Positions 27,453 to 36,768 of a stretch of 64,000 bases of DNA are shown here, one piece after another. Below the pieces are notes generated by a model. That model was not told the origin of the DNA. It saw only the letters and a program-made list of their open reading frames with translations, and made no database searches. A program made the translations under genes and the position numbers. Every line of letters begins with the position of its first letter. The stretch's first letter is position 1. The stretch spans positions 128,001-192,000 of the forward strand of contig CAVSQW010000014.1 in assembly GCA_963730185.1 (NCBI GenBank), in the 5' to 3' direction. This stretch comes from an uncultured Gemmatimonadales bacterium. GTDB lineage: Bacteria > Gemmatimonadota > Gemmatimonadetes > Gemmatimonadales > GWC2-71-9.

Positions 27453-29516
27453 ATGTTGAATCTGCTCATCGGATGGTGGGTCGCGGGCGGAGCCGCGGCC
27501 CTTGGCGCGCTCCCCCTCCCATCGGCGGCTCCGGACTCGCTCCTCAGGGTGGCCGACTATCTCGGTTACGAGCGGGTGTCCGATCCGGCGATCTCGCCGG
27601 ATGGCCGGAGCATCGTGTACACCAGGGCGTGGGTCGACCAGATCAACGACCGCTGGGAGAGCGCCCTCTGGATCGTGAACGCCGACGGCACCCGGAACCG
27701 TTTCCTGGTCGAGGGGTCGAGCCCGGTCTGGTCGCCGGACGGGACCAGACTCGCCTACGTCGCGATGGCCGACGAGCCCAAGGGGCCCCAGATCTTCGTC
27801 CGGTACATGGACGCCGAGGGGGCGACCAGCCAGGTCACCCGGCTCACCAGCCCGCCCCGGAGCATTCGCTGGTCGCCGGACGGGAAGTGGATCGGCTTCG
27901 CCGGCTTCGTGCCGAAGCCGACCGAGTGGTCGATTCCCATGCCCCCGCCTCCGCCGAACGCCCACTGGACCGCGCCGCCGCGGATCGTCGACCGGCTCCA
28001 CTACCGGGTGGACCGGACCGGCTTCACCGAGCCCGGCGACCTCCACCTCTTTCTGGTCCCGTCGGACGGCGGCACGCCGCGTCAGATCACCTCGGGCGAC
28101 TGGAGCGTCGGGGTGTCGTACGACGGGATCCGCTTCTCGGTCAACTGGGATTGGATGCCGGATGGCAAGACGATCGTCTTCGATGGCCTGATGGAGGAAA
28201 ACGCCGATCTCGAACTCCAGGACGCCAACCTCTACGGTCTGGACCTGGCCAGCGGCCGGATCCGCCGCCTGACCCCGGATCGCGGGCTCTGGGCCAAGCC
28301 GGTGGTCTCGCCGGACGGGAAGCAGATCGCGTTCGTCGGGCATCCGTACTTCGCGGAGACGATGCACGGCGGCGATCTCTACCTGATGAACGCCGACGGC
28401 TCCGGAATCCGCGACCTGTCGAAGACGTTCGACCGTGACCCGGCGATGTTTGGGAACGGCACCCTGGTCTGGGCGCCGGACGGGAGCGGGCTCTACTTCA
28501 CGCCCGACGACCGCGGCGCTCACAACCTGGTGTTCGCTCCGGTGAGCGGCGCCGGCGTGCGGGCGGTCACGACCGGCCCGCAAATGCTCGATCTGGCCTC
28601 GATCGCGAGGAGCGGCGTGATGGCCGGGGTGCGCTCGACCACGACCGCACCCGACGACGTGGTCCGGATCGACCTCGGTCCCAAGGGCCCGGTGGTCACC
28701 CAGCTGACCCACGTCAACGACGATCTCCTGGCCGGCAAAAAGCTCGCCTCGGTCGAGGAGATCTGGTATCCGTCGACCGGTGGGACCAGGGTGCAGGGCT
28801 GGATCGTGAAGCCGCCCGATTTCACGCCGGGCAAGAGATATCCGATGCTGCTCGAGATCCACGGCGGCCCGCAGGGGATGTACGGCGTCGGGTTCGACCC
28901 GATGTGGCAGGTGTTCGCGAGCAACGGCTACGTGGTGCTCTACACCAACCCGCGGGGGTCGACCGGGTACGGCAACGCGTTCATGACGGCGATCGAGAAG
29001 AACTACCCGGGGCCGGACTACGACGATCTGATGGCCGGGGTCGACACCGTGGTGGGCCGAGGGTACGTGGATCCCAAGCGGCTCTACGTGGCGGGGTGCA
29101 GCGGGGGCGGGAAGCTCTCGAGCTGGGTGATCGGCCATACCACTCGGTTCGCGGGAGCGGCCGTTCGGTGTCCGATCACCGACTGGATCAGCTTCGCGGG
29201 CGTGTCGGATGTGCCGCTCTTCGCCCACAGCTTCTTCGCCAAGCCCTTTTGGGAGGATCCGGCGCCGTGGCTGGCCAAATCGTCGCTCATGCACGCCGGG
29301 AACGTCACCACCCCGACGATCTTCATGACCGGGGTGCTCGACATGCGGACCCCGCTGCCCCAGAGCGAGGAGCTCTACGCGGCGCTCAAGATGCGAGGGG
29401 TGCCGACCCGGCTGCTCCGGTTCGAGAACGAGTGGCACGGGACCGAGTCGACGCCGTCGAACTGGATGCGGACCATGCTCTACATGATGAGCTGGTTCTC
29501 GACGTACGGGGGCTAG
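27453..29516 (+). CDS. S9 family peptidase (acylaminoacyl-peptidase-like)
   Basis: GGAGA SD, SPDG repeats, IHGGP, GCSGGG, GVLDMRTP (Asp), ENEWHG (His). Confidence 0.92.
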   Translation: MLNLLIGWWVAGGAAALGALPLPSAAPDSLLRVADYLGYERVSDPAISPDGRSIVYTRAWVDQINDRWESALWIVNADGTRNRFLVEGSSPVWSPDGTRLAYVAMADEPKGPQIFVRYMDAEGATSQVTRLTSPPRSIRWSPDGKWIGFAGFVPKPTEWSIPMPPPPPNAHWTAPPRIVDRLHYRVDRTGFTEPGDLHLFLVPSDGGTPRQITSGDWSVGVSYDGIRFSVNWDWMPDGKTIVFDGLMEENADLELQDANLYGLDLASGRIRRLTPDRGLWAKPVVSPDGKQIAFVGHPYFAETMHGGDLYLMNADGSGIRDLSKTFDRDPAMFGNGTLVWAPDGSGLYFTPDDRGAHNLVFAPVSGAGVRAVTTGPQMLDLASIARSGVMAGVRSTTTAPDDVVRIDLGPKGPVVTQLTHVNDDLLAGKKLASVEEIWYPSTGGTRVQGWIVKPPDFTPGKRYPMLLEIHGGPQGMYGVGFDPMWQVFASNGYVVLYTNPRGSTGYGNAFMTAIEKNYPGPDYDDLMAGVDTVVGRGYVDPKRLYVAGCSGGGKLSSWVIGHTTRFAGAAVRCPITDWISFAGVSDVPLFAHSFFAKPFWEDPAPWLAKSSLMHAGNVTTPTIFMTGVLDMRTPLPQSEELYAALKMRGVPTRLLRFENEWHGTESTPSNWMRTMLYMMSWFSTYGG

Positions 29517-29629
29517 CCGCTCGGCCGTCCGGACCTGCTCGTAGCGCAGGGCTTCGATCTCCGGTCGAACTTTCAACGCGGCGTCACGCGGCTCCCGCTC
29601 GAGTGGCGCCGGGTCAGGGCGGCGAGTCG

Positions 29630-30388
29630 ATGAGTGCTGCCGTTCAGGTCCGGCTCGGCGGTCGGGGTGAGGCGATGCTGGTGCTGATTCACGGACTGGG
29701 AGCCGTCGGCCGCGTTTGGGACGGGCTGCAGGCGGAGCTGGCCCGACGGTGGCCGGGGCGATGGGTGACCCCGGATCTGCCCGGTCACGGGCGCTCGGCG
29801 CCGCTCGACCGCTACACCTTCGGCGGGATGGCCGCCGCGGTCGCCTCGGCCGTCCCCGACTCCGACCGGGTCGTCGTGCTCGGCCACTCGCTCGGCGGGG
29901 TCGTCGCGCTCGAGCTGGCGAGTGGACGCCACGGCCTTCGCCCGCGGGCCGTCGCCGGACTGGGCATCAAGGTCGCCTGGACCGAGGAGGAGCTGGCCCG
30001 GGCCGGAGCGCTCGCGGCCCGGGCCAACCCGGTCTATCCGACCCGGCAGGCAGCGGCCGAGCGCTACCTGAAGGTGGCGGGGTTGGTCGGGCTGGTCGGT
30101 CCGGAGGATGTCGCCGACGAGGCAGTCACTCGACTGGGCGAGGGCTGGGCTCCGGCGTTCGACCCGAAGGTCTTCGCGGTCGGAGCGCCCGACCTGCCCG
30201 CGCTGCTCTCCGCGGCGGCCTGTCCCGTGATCCTGGGCGCCGGCGAGCACGACCCGATGTGCCGGGTGGAGCAGATCGCCGAGCTGGTTCCCGACCCGGT
30301 GACCCTTCCCGGGCTGGGGCACAACGCGCACGTCGAGAGCCCGCTTGCCCTCTGGCCGCTCATCGACCGGCTCCGCGCGGCGGCCTGA
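29630..30388 (+). CDS. Alpha/beta hydrolase
   Basis: LIHGLG, PDLPGHGRS, GHSLGG, GEHD, GHNAHVE. Confidence 0.88.
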   Translation: MSAAVQVRLGGRGEAMLVLIHGLGAVGRVWDGLQAELARRWPGRWVTPDLPGHGRSAPLDRYTFGGMAAAVASAVPDSDRVVVLGHSLGGVVALELASGRHGLRPRAVAGLGIKVAWTEEELARAGALAARANPVYPTRQAAAERYLKVAGLVGLVGPEDVADEAVTRLGEGWAPAFDPKVFAVGAPDLPALLSAAACPVILGAGEHDPMCRVEQIAELVPDPVTLPGLGHNAHVESPLALWPLIDRLRAAA

Positions 30389-30493
30389 TGACCGGCCCCT
30401 CTAGGGTCATCGCCCGGCTGGCCTCCACGGCTGTGGGTGCCAACCGAGCCAGAAACGCCCTGTAGCGCGGCGGAGGATGCGCGAGCGCACGGA

Positions 30494-30552
30494 GTCCGAC
30501 CGCCGATGCCCGCATCCAGCTCATGTCCGACCGCGGACACCCGCATCCAGCT
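30494..30552. repeat. 28-bp imperfect direct repeat (25/28) duplicating the 3' end of the Imm5-like gene
   Basis: gtccgaccgccgatgcccgcatccagct (30494) and gtccgaccgcggacacccgcatccagct (30525). Confidence 0.8.
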
Positions 30553-31060
30553 GATGGAGGATCGCGTCGAGCCGACTCGTACCCGCTCGACGCGCGGGCA
30601 TCTGCCGCAAGACGTCGCCCACCTCGGAGGTGGCGTGCTCGATCGCCCAGCGAACCTCGCCGTCACCGATGGATGGATCGCCGCCACGGTCGAGCTCGAG
30701 GGCCAGTGCGGTGTTGGCTGCCGGGGCAAGAATGTGCGTTGCCTGATGGACGGTCGCCAACGGATGGGTGTAGGCGATCGCCGCGGCGAGGCTCGCGGCG
30801 CGAGCGGCGGCCGCCGCTGCGGGATCCCCGATCTCTCGGGCGGCGGCATACGCCTCCCACCCGAGGGAGCGCAAATGAGCCGTGCGCTTTCCCCCGGCGG
30901 CAAACTCCCGGATGCCTTCGATTGCCGCCCGGGGCCGGGAGTCCGACTCGGCATGTCTCTCATACAACGACAGCGCCCGCTCGGCGCAATCCGCGGCCCA
31001 GCTCCCGAGGACCCTGAGCGAGTCCAGGCTCAGCGTGATCGAATTGGACCGACGGCCCAT
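30521..31060 (-). CDS. Imm-5-like putative immunity protein
   Basis: WAADCAERAL...DSRPRAAIE...AAAAAARAA...AYTH pattern typical of Imm-5-like proteins. Confidence 0.75.
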   Translation of the reverse strand: MGRRSNSITLSLDSLRVLGSWAADCAERALSLYERHAESDSRPRAAIEGIREFAAGGKRTAHLRSLGWEAYAAAREIGDPAAAAAARAASLAAAIAYTHPLATVHQATHILAPAANTALALELDRGGDPSIGDGEVRWAIEHATSEVGDVLRQMPARRAGTSRLDAILHQLDAGVRGRT

Positions 31061-31108
31061 CCGTCCCTCCCCCATCGGCTCGGGGCCACGACCGTCTTCA
31101 TGCTCAGG

Positions 31109-31762
31109 TCAGGTGGTGCGGGGGCGAGCCACGAGCACCTCGGACGTGATCGCCCACTGGGTTGTCGTATGCCGATACAGGACGTCCCAAACCGCTTGAT
31201 CAAGATAAGAGCCGAGTCCGATGGGACGGCACCCTCCCACGAGTGCCGGGCGAAGGCGAAAGGCGCGCTCCCACAGACCACTGACGAGGCGTGCGAGGCC
31301 CGGTGCCCCGTGCGTCAGGCTGACGAGGCAGAGACGCGCCTCCGGCGCGGCGACCCGTCGAGCCTCGTCGAAAAAGGTCCTGATGTCGGCGTCGGGGAGG
31401 AGGTCGAGCACGTACGTGCTGACGATCCGGTCCGCGCTCTGGTCGGCGACGGGAAGAAGGACGTTCCCGACCCCGGTCTGGCGTACCTGGGCGCGCGAGC
31501 CGAAGGGCGCCAGGCGGCTCCGCGCCAGGCCAGCCATCGTGGTGCTGACGTCGAGCCCGAGATAAGTCGCGGCCGCGGCCTGGGTCAGGATGCGTCGGGC
31601 AAACCGGCCGGTACCGCAGCCGAATTCGAGGACCTCTCCGGCGTCGGCGAAGCCGGCATGGGCACACAGCTCGTCGAGGGCCGAGTCTTCGTAGAAGCCC
31701 TGTTTGTCCTGGCGCGTGCCGAAATGGTCGTAGAAGTCCTTGACAGCCGATGCGCTGAGCAT
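31109..31762 (-). CDS. Class I SAM-dependent methyltransferase
   Basis: VLEFGCGTG, YLGLDVS, DRIVSTYVLDLL. Confidence 0.85.
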   Translation of the reverse strand: MLSASAVKDFYDHFGTRQDKQGFYEDSALDELCAHAGFADAGEVLEFGCGTGRFARRILTQAAAATYLGLDVSTTMAGLARSRLAPFGSRAQVRQTGVGNVLLPVADQSADRIVSTYVLDLLPDADIRTFFDEARRVAAPEARLCLVSLTHGAPGLARLVSGLWERAFRLRPALVGGCRPIGLGSYLDQAVWDVLYRHTTTQWAITSEVLVARPRTT

Positions 31763-31872
31763 AAGAGATCTGGCCCGGTGTCGGGCGGCTGCGGGGCTCC
31801 AACGCCGGAGAGCGGGACCGCTCCGCCGCCTTGTGGCATGCTCGTTCCTCCGGTCTCTGCCACGCCGGGTCC

Positions 31873-32012
31873 GCACAACGGTTCGTGCGTCGGCGGCGGG
31901 CGTCCGGCGCTGAGCGCCGCGTTGGCCGCACCAACAAACAATATCAGGGCGCGGCTGCGACCCCACAAACCTGAGCTCCGCGTGCCCGTCCGTCGGCAGG
32001 CACGGGTTCGAT
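31873..32012 (-). mobile_element. Integron attC-like site (degenerate)
   Basis: Minus strand ATCGAAC-ccgtgcctgccgacggacgggc ... gcccgccgccgacgcacgaacc-GTTGTGC; arms pair with bulged extra bases. Confidence 0.62.
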
Positions 32013-32066
32013 GGCAACGGACCCGACCACGACCTTGGTGGCCCCCTCTTGCGCGGGCCTCCGGGA

Positions 32067-32102
32067 CTATACATTGTATAGCATGTGCTATACAGTGTAT
32101 AT
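32067..32102. promoter_or_regulatory. Two tandem palindromic operators CTATACA-n-TGTATA, 21 bp apart
   Basis: ctatacattgtatag (32067-32081) and ctatacagtgtatat (32088-32102) just upstream of the TetR start. Confidence 0.8.
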
Positions 32103-32108
32103 GTTGCC

Positions 32109-32714
32109 ATGATTCGCTCGACCGACGCCGCCCTGCTGGCCGCCGCGGAACGGATTTACGCCCGGGCAGGCCGCAAGGGGCTGACCATGCGCCGCCTTGC
32201 CAAGCAGGTCGGGCTCACGCCGATGGCGGTGTATCACCATTTCCATGACAAGGACGCCCTGGTCGACGCGATCGCGGTGGCCGGGTTCGCCAGGCTGGAG
32301 GCATCGATGGCCGACGCCCGGGATCCCGCCCGTGCACCGGTCGAGCGGATCCGGCTGATTCTTCATCGGTACGCCGAGTTCGCCGAGGCCGAGCCGGCGG
32401 TGTTCGGCCTGATGTTCTCCCGGAGGAACCGGGGCGAGGAGCGGTTCCCCGGGTACTTCGCCGAGGGCACGTCGCCGACCTTCGACCTGCTCCGGGCGGC
32501 CGTGATCGAGGGCATGCGGCTCGGCGCGCTCCGGCCCGCCGATGCGACCGAGTCGGCTCTGACCTTGTGGTCGCAGGTCCACGGACTGGTCGTCCTCCGC
32601 ACCACCGGGTTCTTCGAGGGAGGCAAGGCGTTTCGCGGGATCGTCGACCGGAGCATCGGCCGGCTCCTCGAGGGTATGGCGCCGGGCCGCGCCACCCGCT
32701 CGGGCCGCCGATGA
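32109..32714 (+). CDS. TetR/AcrR family regulator (WHG-type C-terminal domain)
   Basis: LTMRRLAKQVGLTPMAVYHHF HTH; LWSQVHG. Confidence 0.92.
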   Translation: MIRSTDAALLAAAERIYARAGRKGLTMRRLAKQVGLTPMAVYHHFHDKDALVDAIAVAGFARLEASMADARDPARAPVERIRLILHRYAEFAEAEPAVFGLMFSRRNRGEERFPGYFAEGTSPTFDLLRAAVIEGMRLGALRPADATESALTLWSQVHGLVVLRTTGFFEGGKAFRGIVDRSIGRLLEGMAPGRATRSGRR

Positions 32715-33304
32715 AGTCCATCGTGGTGCTGCTTCGTGACGGTTGGGCCGATTGGGAGGCCGGCTACCTCCTCGGCGCCGCGGGATACTTCGTCGGCGTG
32801 CCGGTGAGGATCGCCACGCCGAACGCGGCGCCCGTGCGATCCACCGGCGGTCTCCGAGCCTCCGCCGACGCGGCCTTCCGGGATGTGGTTCCCGCCGACT
32901 ATTCCGCGATCGCCCTGATCGGCGGGCCCGGCTGGTCGGAGCCGGACGCCGCCGTCCTCGAGTTGCTCGCGGCCGCGGCGAAGGTCGGGATCCCGATCGG
33001 CGGAATTTGCGCGGCCACCATCCCGCTGGCCCGCGCCGGCCTTCTCGATCGCCGAAGCCACACGAGCAACGGCGTCGGCTACCTGGAAGGGCATGTCCCC
33101 GAGTACCTCGGCGCCCGGCAGTACCTCGACAGCGCCGCCGCGGTCGCCGATCAGGGCGTGGTCACGGCGCCCGGCACGGCCCCGAGCACGTTCGCGGTCG
33201 GCGTGCTCCGGATGGCCGCGCCCGGCTCGGCGGCGGTGCTCGATCAGCTGTTGACCCAGTCCGCCCGCGAGCACCGCCCGGGGGCCGAGCGGTCGGGTGA
33301 CTGA
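32711..33304 (+). CDS. DJ-1/PfpI family protein
   Basis: ATGA overlap with TetR stop; WADWE, GGICAA (Cys nucleophile), HTSN. Confidence 0.9.
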   Translation: MKSIVVLLRDGWADWEAGYLLGAAGYFVGVPVRIATPNAAPVRSTGGLRASADAAFRDVVPADYSAIALIGGPGWSEPDAAVLELLAAAAKVGIPIGGICAATIPLARAGLLDRRSHTSNGVGYLEGHVPEYLGARQYLDSAAAVADQGVVTAPGTAPSTFAVGVLRMAAPGSAAVLDQLLTQSAREHRPGAERSGD

Positions 33305-35384
33305 CTCCGGCCGAAGCATCTCTCCACGACAACTTCATTCTTTCTTAACGGACCGGTCGGTAGTGATTGTGGACGTACCGAGATTCCCTCCCCGCGGCAC
33401 GGTACGCCGCCTTCTCGATCCGAGGGCTCCACCGACGCCGTCAGCACAGCGATCACCTCGCGCGCGCCGGGTCCTGCTCACCAGCGTCTGTCGTCCCCTG
33501 GGGATCCGCCACGGCGACTCCCCGAGCGTGGGCTACGAGCTGCTCCACGAACAGGTGACCCGCGCCCAGGGGCTGTTCAGTCCCCGCTCCCACCATGTCC
33601 AGTTCTCGCTGGAGTACATCGCCGAGAACCTCGAAGCGCCTACCGCGGTGCTTCAGTACCCCTCCCGCCGGGAGCTCGTTCGCGAGCTCAGGCGGGGGTA
33701 CGACGTCGTCGGGATCTCGTTCGTGTTGGCCACCTACCACCGGATGAAAGAGGCGGTCGCCCTGGTGCGGAAGCATTCGCCGGGGTCGGAGATCGTGCTG
33801 GGCGGGTACGGGACGGTGGCCCCCGACGAGATGCTCAGTCCCTACGGCGACCGGATCTGTCGGGAGGAAGGCGTCGGCTTCATGCGCCGACTCCTGGGTG
33901 AACCGGAAATCGAGAAACCGTACCGCCACCCGCTGATCATCAATCCCTTGTGGGTCTTCGGGAAGGAGGCGTCCCGGACCGGCATCGTCTTCGGCGGGCT
34001 CGGCTGTCCCAACGGGTGCGATTTCTGCTGCACCTCGCACTTCTTCAAGCGGAAGCACATTCGCCTCCTGCCCACCGGCGCCGACCTCTACCAGGTGATC
34101 GAGCGCTACCTCGAGGTCGACCCTCAGCTCAACATCCTGATCCTGGACGAGGACTTTCTCCTCAACCGGCGCCGGGCCATGGAGTTTCGGGACTGCGTGC
34201 TCCGGGCCGGAAGGCCGCTCTCCATCTTCGTGTTCGCCAGCGTGCGGGCGCTGAGCCAGTACACGGTGACCGAGATCCTGGAGATGGGGATCGACGGGAT
34301 GTGGATCGGGTACGAGGGAACCCGGTCGGGCTACGGCAAGCTGTCCGGCCGGCCGGTCGAGGAGATCTTCGACGAGTTCCGCCGGCACGGCATCACCATC
34401 CTGGCCTCCATGATCGTGGGCTTCCCGTACCAGACGCCGGAGATCATCGAAGAGGAGCTCGCCGGCCTGCTCGCTCTCCGGCCGGTGCTCTCCCAGTTCC
34501 TGATCTACGGTCCCTGTCCCGGCACGCCGTTCTACGAGCAGGTGGTCCGGGAAGGGAAGCTCCGTCCGGAGGTGGCCGACGATCGGGAGCTGTTCTATCG
34601 TCGAGGCAGCGGGTTCTACGCCATGGTCACCCATCCGTCGATGACCTCCGGTCAGATCGAGGCGGCCCAACAACGGTGTTACGAGGAGGATTTCCGGAGG
34701 CTGGGGCCGGTCCTGCACCGATCGGTCGAACGGTGGCTCGAGGGGTATCTCGCCATGCGCGAGTCGCCGAGTGCGTTCCTCCGCGCCAAGGCCGAGCGCA
34801 TCGCGACCAACCTCCGGAAGGCCTATCCTCTGTTCTTGACCGGCCGCCTGTTGGGACCGTCGGCCCCGGTCCGCGGTTGGATCGGGGAGCTCCAGGGGCG
34901 ACTCCACGCCGCGCTGGGGCGTCCCACCTGGCAGGAACGTCTCCTGTCGGTCGCGGCCGTGGGCTTGGCCGGCTGGACCGGTCTGACCCTCCGGTTGGGC
35001 TGGTTCCAGGATCCGCCGCTGGTGAGGCACACATTCAGAATGGCGGATGCCCGCCCCGGCCGGGTCTGGGCGCGCTTGCGCCGGAGAGACCCCGCGGGGC
35101 CGTCGGTTCAGGTGGAGCGCCGCCCCGCCTCGACCGTATGGGTGTTCCTGGAGGGGCAGCTCACCACCGCGGCCGCCGGCCGGTTCGTCAAGGATCTGGG
35201 GGCGGCCCTGGCGCGTCGAAGGGATCGGGTCGTGCTGGATCTCGCTCGTCTGGCTCGCCTGGAAGACGGCGCGGTGGGGGAGCTGGTTGCCGGGCTCCGA
35301 GCCTATCAGGATCGGATCCGGATCATTCTCCCCCGGGTAGGGGAAGTCGCCCCCCTCGCGGCGTTGTTTCCCGTCTACCGGTAG
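33297..35384 (+). CDS. B12-binding radical SAM protein with C-terminal STAS-like domain (start uncertain)
   Basis: DVVGISF...IVLGGY cobalamin-domain pattern, GCPNGCDFCC (CxxxCxxC), ILDEDF, PGTPFY; tail LEGQL...VVLDLARLARLE. Confidence 0.85.
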   Translation: MTDSGRSISPRQLHSFLTDRSVVIVDVPRFPPRGTVRRLLDPRAPPTPSAQRSPRARRVLLTSVCRPLGIRHGDSPSVGYELLHEQVTRAQGLFSPRSHHVQFSLEYIAENLEAPTAVLQYPSRRELVRELRRGYDVVGISFVLATYHRMKEAVALVRKHSPGSEIVLGGYGTVAPDEMLSPYGDRICREEGVGFMRRLLGEPEIEKPYRHPLIINPLWVFGKEASRTGIVFGGLGCPNGCDFCCTSHFFKRKHIRLLPTGADLYQVIERYLEVDPQLNILILDEDFLLNRRRAMEFRDCVLRAGRPLSIFVFASVRALSQYTVTEILEMGIDGMWIGYEGTRSGYGKLSGRPVEEIFDEFRRHGITILASMIVGFPYQTPEIIEEELAGLLALRPVLSQFLIYGPCPGTPFYEQVVREGKLRPEVADDRELFYRRGSGFYAMVTHPSMTSGQIEAAQQRCYEEDFRRLGPVLHRSVERWLEGYLAMRESPSAFLRAKAERIATNLRKAYPLFLTGRLLGPSAPVRGWIGELQGRLHAALGRPTWQERLLSVAAVGLAGWTGLTLRLGWFQDPPLVRHTFRMADARPGRVWARLRRRDPAGPSVQVERRPASTVWVFLEGQLTTAAAGRFVKDLGAALARRRDRVVLDLARLARLEDGAVGELVAGLRAYQDRIRIILPRVGEVAPLAALFPVYR

Positions 35385-35433
35385 TCTCGCGCCGCGGTCG
35401 CCGTCCTCATCGGCGCCAACTGTCACTGGGGCG

Positions 35434-35518
35434 GCCTAACGACTGAGCGTTGCCTCGCGGCCGCGTCTTCCGAGTCAGAGTGCCCGCGCGCCCGTACAGC
35501 GCAACGTCTGGGTTAGAC
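35434..35518 (-). mobile_element. Integron attC-like site
   Basis: Minus strand GTCTAAC (RYYYAAC, contains the upstream gene's TAA stop) ... GTTAGGC (GTTRRRY); inner cgttgc/gcaacg pairing; 85 bp. Confidence 0.7.
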
Positions 35519-36033
35519 CACACCGGCGCAGCGAAGCCGGGCGAGCGTCCGTTCGGGAGTCTCGTCCGACGTGTCAAGGAACGCGTCGGGGGGAAACGCA
35601 CGGCCGCTGAACTTGGCTCGCAGGCTCGCCACTCTTGCCGGCCCGGCATGCCAGCCAGGGCGCTGGGCATCGCGGGCGATCGCGATCTCGAGTCTGGGAT
35701 GCAGCACCCGGAGAGTCCAGGGGATTTGGCGAGCGGCGAAGAAGCTCTGATACTCCCGGAACGAATCAGGGGGGACTCGTGGACGGTGGCGTCGATGACG
35801 ACATTGAGTCCGGCGGCACAGGCGGTCGCAATCTCGGCGAATATCGCCTCGTGAACGGCCGCCCGCTTGGTGCGGTGACGCGCGGTGCCCAATCCGCCTC
35901 GATTACGTCCAAACAGGCGAGACCACGCATCGTCTTCGCAGAAACGAACCCAACCTGGCCACTCGCCAATCGCGGCCGCTATCGTGCTCTTGCCGCTGCC
36001 GCAGGTGCCGGTTAGTAGGAGCGCATGTGGCAT
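35513..36033 (-). pseudogene. P-loop (AAA_33/kinase-like) gene cassette with a frameshift
   Basis: LLLTGTCGSGKST and VVIDAT; frame breaks at the G6 run 35769-35774; second frame continues to TAA inside the attC. Confidence 0.75.
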
Positions 36034-36050
36034 GAGGAGCGGTATGGGGG

Positions 36051-36245
36051 TTATCCGACGGCACTGTGCTCTCTCGGCGAGGGCGTGGGGCGCGTTGGTC
36101 GGCGGGGTGGTGTGTCCTGGTGACTCATCTCCCGGTGCGTCGCGTGCCCTGGCTCGCCAGTCCGTGCGGCGAGCCAAGCCCCGACGAGGTTCCCGAGGGA
36201 TAGGAGCCATGCGATTGGGATCCAGGCGCGTTGCTTGAACCACAT
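36051..36245 (-). pseudogene. Probable truncated small membrane protein (MWFKQRAWIPIAWLLS...)
   Basis: GGAGG SD and a hydrophobic first ~37 aa, then sequence that looks non-coding. Confidence 0.45.
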
Positions 36246-36326
36246 AGTGCCTCCCCTTGCAACGAACCACCCGAAGTATAGGGCACGACCTCTGCTAGAT
36301 GGCCAACGAGGTCGGGACCGGGCCGG

Positions 36327-36719
36327 TCAGTCGCCAGCCGGTTTGAGCTCCACGCTGATCACCCGGATCTCGGCCGTGCCGACGTTCTCGAGGGAATGCG
36401 GTGGCAACGGCGGAGACCAGAGCGCGGGTGGCGGCCCGGACGTCTTTGCTGGGGCGCTGCCGTCCGCCGTGATCTCGCCGGCCGCATCGCGCCGCAGAAA
36501 GGCGCTCCAGCTCAGGACATAGAGGACGCTCGGCCAGCGATGGGTATGAACGGCCGTGCGGCCGCCGACTGGAATCCGCGTTTCGAGCACCCGGACCGAT
36601 TCGTTTTCCAACAACAGGGTGTGGTGCTCGGGGGCCGCGGCGAGCGCATCGAGCCCGTCCGGCCAGGGCCATGCCGCGGTCGGGGCGTCGCTAGGCTGGG
36701 AGGTCTTCGGATCGGGCAT
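36327..36719 (-). CDS. Cupin domain protein
   Basis: LLLENESVRVLE, HTH, PHSLENVG. Confidence 0.85.
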   Translation of the reverse strand: MPDPKTSQPSDAPTAAWPWPDGLDALAAAPEHHTLLLENESVRVLETRIPVGGRTAVHTHRWPSVLYVLSWSAFLRRDAAGEITADGSAPAKTSGPPPALWSPPLPPHSLENVGTAEIRVISVELKPAGD

Positions 36720-36768
36720 CGCGCGCCTTTCGCAGCGGACCGGCAGGTGCCAGAGCGTATTGGGCCGC

